In this document: one piece after another, positions 53,823 to 61,925 of the stretch
Layout: every line of letters begins with the position of its first letter
Numbering within the stretch: position 1 is the first letter of the stretch
Virus record (IMG/VR): IMGVR_UViG_3300014208_000026
Coordinates: 32,001-96,000 of that record
Direction: 5' to 3' (one strand)
Length of the DNA: 64,000 bases
Origin: a virus
Taxonomy: Duplodnaviria; Caudoviricetes
Made by a program: the position numbers and the translations under genes
The notes under the pieces: generated by a model
The model's input: only the letters and a program-made list of their open reading frames with translations
Told to the model about the DNA's origin: nothing
The model's database searches: none

Positions 53823-55939
53823 ATACAACTGCTGCAAAAAAAGCCCTGCTCGAAATGCAAAGGCTTGGTCTGCTCGAAGTCATCAAGGAGATCGTCCAGG
53901 AGAACAAGGCGTTCCGGAACGCCCTTGGGAACTGGTCCGAGAAGACGGACCTGACGTTCTTGTTCGACCTCATGGATCTTGGTATGCCGGTAGGACGCGG
54001 GCTCTCTTTCCTCAGCAAGCCGGAGCAGGAGAGGGTTCGAGAAATCACCGTCGATATGGACGCCGCTGAAGGCCGCAAGTTCGTGACCATTCTGGAGCAG
54101 CCCGGACAGGTTATCAGCACTCCAGCTCTCATGGAAGAGTTCAATCTGAAAGGCCCCCAGGTTCGGCAAATCATGTTGACCGCGAGGGCTCTGTTGCTTG
54201 ACCGTCCAGAGTTGGCTCAGGACGCTGCAAAGTGGGAAGGGTTGGTTCGGGACCAGTTGCGGCAGGTTTTGAAGACCGCAGCGTGGGCCCCCTCAAAGAC
54301 CCCTCTTCGCAGAAGTGGCATATCCCGTTCATGGGATGCTTTCGCCAAATCCCATCGCAAGAACTTCTGGTATCTGCCCTATACCGTGGCCGCGAACGGG
54401 GAGATGATCGAAGATCAGTTGAAGCGTATGTACGTGCGGTACTGGACGGAGGACCCTACCACTGCGGACGTTACGTTGGGGGTGTTCCTACGGGGACACG
54501 AAGAGTTCCTGCGTAAGCGTGGAGAGGCAAACCAGAGGGCTCTGGACAACGCAGGCGATCAAGAGGCCCTGTTGGGCCGCTTGATGGCCGGAACGGCCTC
54601 TGCAGAAGATGTACGCGAGATCGGCAAGCTGTGGTCGAAAGACAACGTGTACACCTCCGATACCCGCAGAGCAAAAGATACGGTCAAGCGTAGAATACTT
54701 GAGCTGGCTCGACGACACCATTGGATGTCCGGTTACGGGGTGGACAAGCGGGTTACGAAGTACCCGTACATTTTGTACGTCGACACGCCCTTTGGTCAGG
54801 TGGCTTTCCACGAACAGTTGCCCTCTGTGCATCGGGAATATCCTGGGGAGTGGGACCGGAAACACGCAACGTGGGAAAGGGCCGCTAAGGTCTTGGAACG
54901 GTACGGGTTGAAAGACGGCGGCGGGGGAGCAACGATGGAGAGTAGAGTCGCATCGAGGTATCTGCAAGGCGGTGTGGGGATGGATAAGCAAAGTTCGGTT
55001 CGGCAGGCTCTTTTACATGTGACCGGTTCCCCCTCAATCACCCCCTGCCCCAAGAAACCCGACCGAGTGTGGACGATCCTGCGGGATAAGCACCCTCGAT
55101 TGCCGTTCACTCCGATCTTTGAAGTGAATGCGTTCCCCGAAGACCAGATTCATGACTGGAAGTGGTCTCAGGGGAACCTCCGGTATTTCAGCAGGATCAC
55201 TACCGAGAATCAGCCCCGGTGGTTGCTTTTGGAGTTCGGGAAGGAAGAACCGAAGATGTGCCCGAAGTGCGACAAGGATTTCCCCGCTGGTTCGAACTTC
55301 TGCCCCGATTGTGGGGTAAAGCTGGTAAGCAAAGTTGCATCGAGATACTTGTGCACAGCAGCGGCAGAAGAGGTCGTCGACTCCAACCTCAAGGGTGTCG
55401 TCGAGGTTCCCAGGAACACGTTCCCTGTGGAGGTTCTCCCTCCCAAGAAGAAGCGGAAAAAATGGCCCTTCGAAGGGTTCATTGATTTCCAGGGGTTGGA
55501 GATCGACGTAGAGAACGACAAGGGATCGGTGCGGAGCGGGGTGTCAGAAGATGGAACCCCGTGGGCTGTCGAAATGTTCTGGCCGTACGGTGAGATCAGA
55601 GGGACAGAAGGGGTCGACGCTCCTGACGCCTTGGATGCATACGTAGGCCCCAACCACGATTCCTCTCTTGTCGTGGTTATTCACCAGCATGACCCAGACA
55701 CGGGAAAGTACGACGAGGACAAGGTCATGCTGGGGTTCGACTCTACTGAGGAAGCGATCGGGGCGTACAAGAAACAGTACAGCAAGCCTGGGTTCTATGT
55801 AGAAGGTGAGTATACCGAAATGCCCATTGGGCAGTTCTGGCGGTGGGTGCATGATGACAAGAACAGGGGCAAGAAAGTGAAGGCTCGGGTTCAAAGAATC
55901 GCCTCTAGGTGGTTGAGGGAGGATTCTTTTGCAGAGTAG
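53819..55939 (+). CDS. polyvalent protein: CCA enzyme C-terminal piece, unknown domains, zinc ribbon and pyrophosphatase-like domain
   Basis: Begins KKALLEMQRLGLLE (continues the CCA body domain); CPKC..CPDC; PYGEI..GVD..DALDAY...DEDKVMLGF. Confidence 0.75.
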   Translation: MNTTAAKKALLEMQRLGLLEVIKEIVQENKAFRNALGNWSEKTDLTFLFDLMDLGMPVGRGLSFLSKPEQERVREITVDMDAAEGRKFVTILEQPGQVISTPALMEEFNLKGPQVRQIMLTARALLLDRPELAQDAAKWEGLVRDQLRQVLKTAAWAPSKTPLRRSGISRSWDAFAKSHRKNFWYLPYTVAANGEMIEDQLKRMYVRYWTEDPTTADVTLGVFLRGHEEFLRKRGEANQRALDNAGDQEALLGRLMAGTASAEDVREIGKLWSKDNVYTSDTRRAKDTVKRRILELARRHHWMSGYGVDKRVTKYPYILYVDTPFGQVAFHEQLPSVHREYPGEWDRKHATWERAAKVLERYGLKDGGGGATMESRVASRYLQGGVGMDKQSSVRQALLHVTGSPSITPCPKKPDRVWTILRDKHPRLPFTPIFEVNAFPEDQIHDWKWSQGNLRYFSRITTENQPRWLLLEFGKEEPKMCPKCDKDFPAGSNFCPDCGVKLVSKVASRYLCTAAAEEVVDSNLKGVVEVPRNTFPVEVLPPKKKRKKWPFEGFIDFQGLEIDVENDKGSVRSGVSEDGTPWAVEMFWPYGEIRGTEGVDAPDALDAYVGPNHDSSLVVVIHQHDPDTGKYDEDKVMLGFDSTEEAIGAYKKQYSKPGFYVEGEYTEMPIGQFWRWVHDDKNRGKKVKARVQRIASRWLREDSFAE

Positions 55940-58904
55940 CGCCCACAAGAGGGTCATAGGAGGGATACGTACAGCAGCTTTCTGCCACCTCGGCCCTCTC
56001 TATCATGGAACCAAGGATCCCGAAGGGCTCCTGGAAGCCCAGACCTTTGATTGGAGCCGGTTGCAGTCTCGGGATTCGGGTTTCTTCGGGAACGGCTTTT
56101 ACCTCGCAGACAGTCCGCAACATGCTCGATCCTATGGGGGGACGGTCTTGGAAGTGGCCCTGAAGCCCTCGGCCAAGATCCTGTGCGCCATGGAGCCTGG
56201 AGTCTTCTCTGGAATGACCCCCACGAAGTCTCCCTCTTACCAGGAGGAATTCGCTGTTTTCATGACCGGACGGATTGTGAAGCATCGGGGGGATATAGAA
56301 AAGGCCAAGAAAATCGTAGAGGGGGAGTACACCCCGGGAGGCACTTCTTTCGACTCCATTGGTTGGAAAAAAGATATCACAATGTGGGTACGGGACGAGA
56401 AGGTGGCCGATGCTATCAATTGGGGGTCTGAGACAATTGTCCTGAACCCCCAAGCTATCGCCAGCATCCGACGAATCCGGTACCGTAAGACTCAAGCAAG
56501 TGCGGCTGACGGCATCAAGACCGGCAAAGGCAAAGGGGTCGGTTTCTTCATCCCGCTCCCGTTAGATGAAGCCGCCAAGTTCCCCTCTCTCGGAGACCAG
56601 GATAAAAGCCCGAGCCACGTTACCTTTTTATACGTTGGTGACGTAACTCCCGAGGAGGAGCCAAAACTGCTGAGTGTCGCTCGCAACGTGTTCCGCTCTT
56701 TCGCCAGGGGTCCTGTGAGAGCCCATTCCCTGCCCGTGGAATACTTTGTCCATCCGGCCATGGGGCGTCGGGTAGCTGTCGTACCTTGGCAGTTCGACAA
56801 GGATCTGGCCGGACTCCGCTGGAAGCTGCGGGATGCTCTACAGGACGCGGGTTTCAAGGTAGAGGACAGTTTTCCTCTTGTATACCGTCCCCACACGACT
56901 CTCCGGTATTGTGAGAGCCTCCAGGAGGAGTACAAAGGCTCAGTGCCAGTTGCGGGCTGGTCTTTCGACGCGGTTGAGATTTGGGGCCTGCCATATTTGT
57001 ACCGGATTCCGTTTGGGGAAGGTTGTTCAGTGAGGGTTGCCGGAGCCCCCCTGTCCTTTGCTCCTGCGGAGGACAAGAGAGGCAAGCCCCTCTCCCCTGG
57101 GGACTATGTGCAGCTTCGAGGTCGGGACGGATGGGTGGCAATTAGCCCCAACGTCCAGGGGTTCTATTACCTCGACGAAGAAAATACGGGGATGGCACCT
57201 CAACTTGTTATCGTGACAACGGATTGGAAGGGGGCTGTTAAAACCTCTGAGGTTGTCAAGACGCAGACCGTCAGGATGTCCGCGTATAAAGATCCTCCCG
57301 AGGACGTGGCTCGGGTTCTGCAGACGCTTAGGGTAAAAGTCTCCCGTACTGCTCAGTGTGGGGGATTGGCTTCGAGAGTAGCCAGCCGATTCCTGGAGGC
57401 TTCCAAGAGTCTCCCCATGAAAGGGCGTCGTTACGGATTCTTCATCTACGGGGACAAGACCGGGGCCTGGGAGTTGGGAGATAGTGCTCGCTGGGGAGGG
57501 TTGGAAGACGGAGCGTGGCAGGCTATCCCGAGCTTCTCTTCGAAGAACGAGTGGCGCAACCTGTCTGTAGAGGGGGCTACTGAGCATCACCCTGGATTCT
57601 TGAAGGCTCTCAGGGAGATGGTTCGAGAGTATCCCGAAATGACAGATTGGTGGGTCCAGTTCGACGGGCCTTGGATTGAAGTACGGGACTTGGTAGGAAG
57701 CGGCTCCGTTTCTCCCAAGTTCAATTGGGAGTCCCTCAAGCTATACCACGGCACCAGCATGGCGGCTTGGGAGAAGATCCAAAAGCAAGGGCTCCTCCCT
57801 CGCAATCTGAGCGGGATGGGGCCTTCGTATGGGACGCTATCGCAGGCAGGGGAAGGGCATAAAGACGCTGTGTACCTCACGACCCAGATTGGCACTGCTA
57901 GAATGGCCGCCAGAGACGCGGCTCGCGTCACAAAGAGTAAGCCTATAGTTTTGCAGATAAGGGGGCTGGATGCGGAGTTCGTGGTTGCCGACGAGGATAG
58001 CCATTCGGCCAACCCTGAAGTGAGCCTCCAGACCTTGGGTTCTGTGGCTTACGTAGCCCCGATTCCTGCAAGTAGGGTGGAAATGTTCGAGTATTTAGTG
58101 GACAGCGGGTGGACTAAAACCGCTCGTTTCGATCCCGAACTGGAGGGGTTGGGCGGGTTGCTTCGGGGAGAACCGACCACTCTGTACCACGGGACCACAC
58201 GGCAGTTCAAGAAGTTCGACTTGTCCAAGTCCCGTACGGAGTTGGTGAATGATTTCTACGGGGCTGGCATTTTCCTGACTCCTTCTCAGAGTGTTGCTTG
58301 GGATTACGCCGAGGCCAATAGAAACATTGGATTACCGTCGTCGATTGTGCAGGAACTCAAGAGGAAGAATCCCGTTGCGGGGGATTTCTTGGAAGCTCTG
58401 GTCAAGCACGGGGATGCTGCTTGGGATATAAAGTTGCCTAGCGGGCGCACTTGGGCACAGTCCTTCGCCAGCGACGAGCTAGAGGCGGGGGTCGATCCGA
58501 ACAGCATCAGTGACATTGCGCAGTACGTCGAGGGCAGCAAGGTTCATCCGTTGGCCGACCAGACCGGTTTTGTTAATATCTTCAGTACCTCTACAGGAGC
58601 CCCTGAGTGGCTGTACGACCTGTTGGCAGAGGTGGGCCTGGACGACAAAAAGTACCGTCCCAAGGTCTACGCAGTATCTGTGAAGGTAGACAAGGTGTTG
58701 GTGACAGCCAAGGAGAGTGAGGCTAAGAAGGCCCACAGTCGGGGTTACGATGCGGTGATATTCCACGGGTCCAGGCTGGTGGGCGGAGTACCCGAGGTTG
58801 CAGTTTTCGACCCGAGCAAGGTTCGTATCCTGAATGTTCGTACGGGGTCCTTGGTTCAACGAGTTGCCTCCCGATACTGTGAAGGGGGTCTGAGTGGGAA
58901 GTAG
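55929..58904 (+). CDS. polyvalent protein: three ART-fold domains plus 2H phosphoesterase
   Basis: Three LYHGT motifs (GFYLA, VYLTT, GIFLT) and two HxT motifs (SHVTF, PHTTL). Confidence 0.8.
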   Translation: MQSSAHKRVIGGIRTAAFCHLGPLYHGTKDPEGLLEAQTFDWSRLQSRDSGFFGNGFYLADSPQHARSYGGTVLEVALKPSAKILCAMEPGVFSGMTPTKSPSYQEEFAVFMTGRIVKHRGDIEKAKKIVEGEYTPGGTSFDSIGWKKDITMWVRDEKVADAINWGSETIVLNPQAIASIRRIRYRKTQASAADGIKTGKGKGVGFFIPLPLDEAAKFPSLGDQDKSPSHVTFLYVGDVTPEEEPKLLSVARNVFRSFARGPVRAHSLPVEYFVHPAMGRRVAVVPWQFDKDLAGLRWKLRDALQDAGFKVEDSFPLVYRPHTTLRYCESLQEEYKGSVPVAGWSFDAVEIWGLPYLYRIPFGEGCSVRVAGAPLSFAPAEDKRGKPLSPGDYVQLRGRDGWVAISPNVQGFYYLDEENTGMAPQLVIVTTDWKGAVKTSEVVKTQTVRMSAYKDPPEDVARVLQTLRVKVSRTAQCGGLASRVASRFLEASKSLPMKGRRYGFFIYGDKTGAWELGDSARWGGLEDGAWQAIPSFSSKNEWRNLSVEGATEHHPGFLKALREMVREYPEMTDWWVQFDGPWIEVRDLVGSGSVSPKFNWESLKLYHGTSMAAWEKIQKQGLLPRNLSGMGPSYGTLSQAGEGHKDAVYLTTQIGTARMAARDAARVTKSKPIVLQIRGLDAEFVVADEDSHSANPEVSLQTLGSVAYVAPIPASRVEMFEYLVDSGWTKTARFDPELEGLGGLLRGEPTTLYHGTTRQFKKFDLSKSRTELVNDFYGAGIFLTPSQSVAWDYAEANRNIGLPSSIVQELKRKNPVAGDFLEALVKHGDAAWDIKLPSGRTWAQSFASDELEAGVDPNSISDIAQYVEGSKVHPLADQTGFVNIFSTSTGAPEWLYDLLAEVGLDDKKYRPKVYAVSVKVDKVLVTAKESEAKKAHSRGYDAVIFHGSRLVGGVPEVAVFDPSKVRILNVRTGSLVQRVASRYCEGGLSGK

Positions 58905-60030
58905 AGACCTACAGGCTTCGTTGGTCTTATACCACGGCACCTCTGGAGGTTTTGGGGATCTGGACCCGGACAAGAGCGGTCTAGGGACACATTTCGGTAG
59001 TTACCGTGCGGCCACCCGGCGTTTGCGGGGGCTGAAAAACGTGCAGGGGCCGCATCCGGTTGAGGTCCGAAGGTACAAGATCCTTTCTTCGAACCCCCTG
59101 CTTCTGGATGACGTCGGGGCTTGGGACAGTCTGCCGGATGTCGAGCACGCTCTCATCAAGGTTGGGGTCATGCCCTTGGAAGAGCTTCCCAATAGCCGTC
59201 AGTTGAATGGGTCTGCTGCATGGGAACACCTTCGGGATTTGATTGAATCCGCAGGTTACGATTCCGTGGTCTACGCCAATCGGCTTGAGGACCGTGGTTC
59301 TCTGTCCTACATTGTCTGGGACCGTTCTATGGTGCAGAGACTCCCTGACGCCAAGATTCCCAAGCACCTGAAGACCGCTTCTGGCACGGTCCCCATTCTC
59401 GTCCTCCCAGCCGAAACAGTGAAGTACCGGAAAAAGTTTCCCGGATTCAAAGACACTCTGATCGTGGGCAAGTTCCTAGCGTCGGTCTCCCTATATCGGA
59501 TTTTCGACTTCGATGAGTTCCTCGGTTTGATGTACCGCTTTAACTCCGATATCAAAGGTGGTACCTTTGCGATTCCTGCTGAGAGAACTTTCGGGGCGTC
59601 CTGGAGCGGTAGTTTGCAGGATGCTTTGGACTTCGGGACTGGTTGGAAATCTCGGGGTAGATTAAAGGGGCAACTCTACATTGCAGAGATTGACGGGAAT
59701 GGCAAGACTTTCAGCCATCTGGCTCCCAACATCGATCCTATTTTTGACGGGTTTGCTCTCGATAATGCTTTTCAATCTAACATGCACGTTGATAGCTGTC
59801 GTGGTGAGTTGGGTTGCTCTGTAGTCCACGTTCGTCCCTCCAAGGTGAAGACGTGGTATAGGGTGGACGAGAGCGGGCACCCTGAGAAAGTTTCTGTCCA
59901 GGAGTTGCAGGCGGAATTCAAGGAATGGGAAGAGAACCGGAAGAAGGAGTACATGACGGCCTCTGCGGACAAAACCGCAGCGACGCTCACGAAAGCTTGG
60001 ATCATGTCTGTCCGGCGAGGTTGGAAGTAG
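58894..60030 (+). CDS. polyvalent protein with two ART-fold domains
   Basis: LYHGT..GTHFG..GYDSVVY and LYR..ASWS motifs separated by KTAS. Confidence 0.7.
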   Translation: MGSRDLQASLVLYHGTSGGFGDLDPDKSGLGTHFGSYRAATRRLRGLKNVQGPHPVEVRRYKILSSNPLLLDDVGAWDSLPDVEHALIKVGVMPLEELPNSRQLNGSAAWEHLRDLIESAGYDSVVYANRLEDRGSLSYIVWDRSMVQRLPDAKIPKHLKTASGTVPILVLPAETVKYRKKFPGFKDTLIVGKFLASVSLYRIFDFDEFLGLMYRFNSDIKGGTFAIPAERTFGASWSGSLQDALDFGTGWKSRGRLKGQLYIAEIDGNGKTFSHLAPNIDPIFDGFALDNAFQSNMHVDSCRGELGCSVVHVRPSKVKTWYRVDESGHPEKVSVQELQAEFKEWEENRKKEYMTASADKTAATLTKAWIMSVRRGWK

Positions 60031-61323
60031 TTACGGGTAGCATAGACTTTTATCCAAGCTACACATTTCTTGGGTATCAGGGACTACATGCTCCTGACCG
60101 ATCTCCGCCCAATAAAATCCACGTCTATTGTCCAAAGATCGCCAGCCTTCCCCCAGAGGGGTTAGGTTCAGGCTAATATTCCGGGAGGCGTTCAAGTCAG
60201 CATTTGCGGCGAAGCCGCATTTCTTGCACTTGAACATCTCTCCTTTTCTATTAGCCTTCTGGACCCATCCACAACACGAACATCTCTGGCTCGTAAAAGC
60301 TGGGGGGACTTTAATGATCTGGACACCAGTGTCTTCACAAAGTCTACCCAGCTTACCAAAGATCTCCGTATATGTCCAACTCCTCATGGACTTGGACGTT
60401 CTCACGCCTAATCTAAGATTCTTGATCGCCTCGATCTTAAGTGTTTTTACTCCCCGTAGGTTTAGCTGGTTCAACGACCAGTTGATGTAGTTGGTCCTGT
60501 GGGCTTGAGCCCTCGCGAAAGCTTTAGACCCCTTCTTCTTATGGTTCATCTCAGCGATGATCTTGGGCAGGGTCCAACCATGCACGTCTTCCTGGGACTG
60601 AACCCCGTCGCTCGAAGAGAACACTTTCTTATAACCTATATCCACCCCAACTGTTGTTCCCTGAGATACGGGTTCGGGTTTGGGAATAGAAAATACACAC
60701 GTTACAGAGTTTGAGTTTAGTCTAAGCCCAGGTCTGATCTCACCTCTGGACTTCATCTCGTTAAAGTGCTTAGTTAGTTTGATCGGGAACACGATCTTTA
60801 GGGAGTGGTCCCAACCAGGAGGAGTACCTAAACAGGTTAGATTTACATAAGCATCGAACGAGGTCTCGGACTCCCAGTCGATCTTGACGAATCTTGAGTC
60901 CAGTTGGGGATTCATGTTCTTGAGATCCGGCTTGGACATTTTGGTCTTATCTATGACCTTCTTGAGCTTCTGGGCTTGTTTGGTCTTACCCTCAGCTAAA
61001 AGTTTAGCATAGACGAACTCACGCCTTTTCTGCTTTTCACGAGTTCCTCTCACGATCCCAGAAGCCTGTTTAGCTGCGGCTTGGACAGCACGAGCCGAGA
61101 GCCAAGTCTGGGTCGAGACTTGATCTGTAAAGTTTTTCGAAAACAACCTCTGGATCTCAGCGTCCTCTCCGAGAGTCCAGAGAGGGTCGACGAACAGAGC
61201 GGTTACTCGCCAGTACTCTTCAGTAAAGAGATCGATGAGATCTCGTTTTCCTGGGTTGGTGAATTTGAGGGACAGTTTAGAGGACCGGATCAGGGAGTAT
61301 TTGTCTTTCTTGGATCGAGCCAT
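60031..61323 (-). CDS. tnpB: TnpB RNA-guided nuclease (solo element)
   Basis: VGVDIG, IEAIKNL, TSQRCSCCG...CKKCG, NADLNAS. Confidence 0.9.
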   Translation of the reverse strand: MARSKKDKYSLIRSSKLSLKFTNPGKRDLIDLFTEEYWRVTALFVDPLWTLGEDAEIQRLFSKNFTDQVSTQTWLSARAVQAAAKQASGIVRGTREKQKRREFVYAKLLAEGKTKQAQKLKKVIDKTKMSKPDLKNMNPQLDSRFVKIDWESETSFDAYVNLTCLGTPPGWDHSLKIVFPIKLTKHFNEMKSRGEIRPGLRLNSNSVTCVFSIPKPEPVSQGTTVGVDIGYKKVFSSSDGVQSQEDVHGWTLPKIIAEMNHKKKGSKAFARAQAHRTNYINWSLNQLNLRGVKTLKIEAIKNLRLGVRTSKSMRSWTYTEIFGKLGRLCEDTGVQIIKVPPAFTSQRCSCCGWVQKANRKGEMFKCKKCGFAANADLNASRNISLNLTPLGEGWRSLDNRRGFYWAEIGQEHVVPDTQEMCSLDKSLCYP

Positions 61324-61360
61324 CGGGTCCTGGACTCCTTCAGTTCCTTCGGAAAACCGG

Positions 61361-61404
61361 TTGACAAAAAATCCATCCCTGTCTATAGTACCCTATAGAC
61401 AGGG
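61361..61404. promoter_or_regulatory. sigma70-type promoter (+) overlapping a 12 bp palindrome at the left end of TnpB element 2
   Basis: TTGACA, 17 nt, TATAGT; CCCTGTCTATAG-TACC-CTATAGACAGGG at 61377-61404. Confidence 0.65.
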
Positions 61405-61535
61405 TATTGGAACACGATACTTTAGTAAACTCACGATACTCTGGTAAACCAGAGTAAACTGCCTACACTTCTTTCAAACCCGCTAAGTTCCCTATAGCCT
61501 CGCTATGGTTAGGAGCCTATCTAAGGGACTGCCTT

Positions 61536-61925
61536 ATGCCCGACCGGAATCTTACAACCCGAATTGCCCAAAGGCACTTGCAGGCTCGCAAGTTTGTCTT
61601 GACTCCGCAGGTAGTCGCCGAGTTCCGCAAAGAATTCCTGATGTTGATGAAGAACCTGAAGCGAGTTCAGGATTACGAAGGGGCGATGGCCCTGAAGGAG
61701 GCTCTCCGTACCTGGAACCAGGACATGGATTTCTTTTTCGAGCAAATCCGTGATTTCCTCGAAGATCTGGTTCGAACCGAGAAAGACTCCGGTACAGGTA
61801 AATGGGCGGAGCATTACCTCAAGGAGTTAGGTCCGAGTTTCGGGGCTTTTCTGCATTGGGTTCCACATCTTCCGGTGACTAGGGTGGGGACGGTAACTTT
61901 TGATTTTGATTTCGATTTTAGATAG
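61536..61925 (+). pseudogene. 5' piece of a tagged zincin peptidase gene interrupted by TnpB element 3
   Basis: Starts with RIAQRHL tag; rejoins 63144 in frame when 61876-63143 is removed. Confidence 0.7.
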
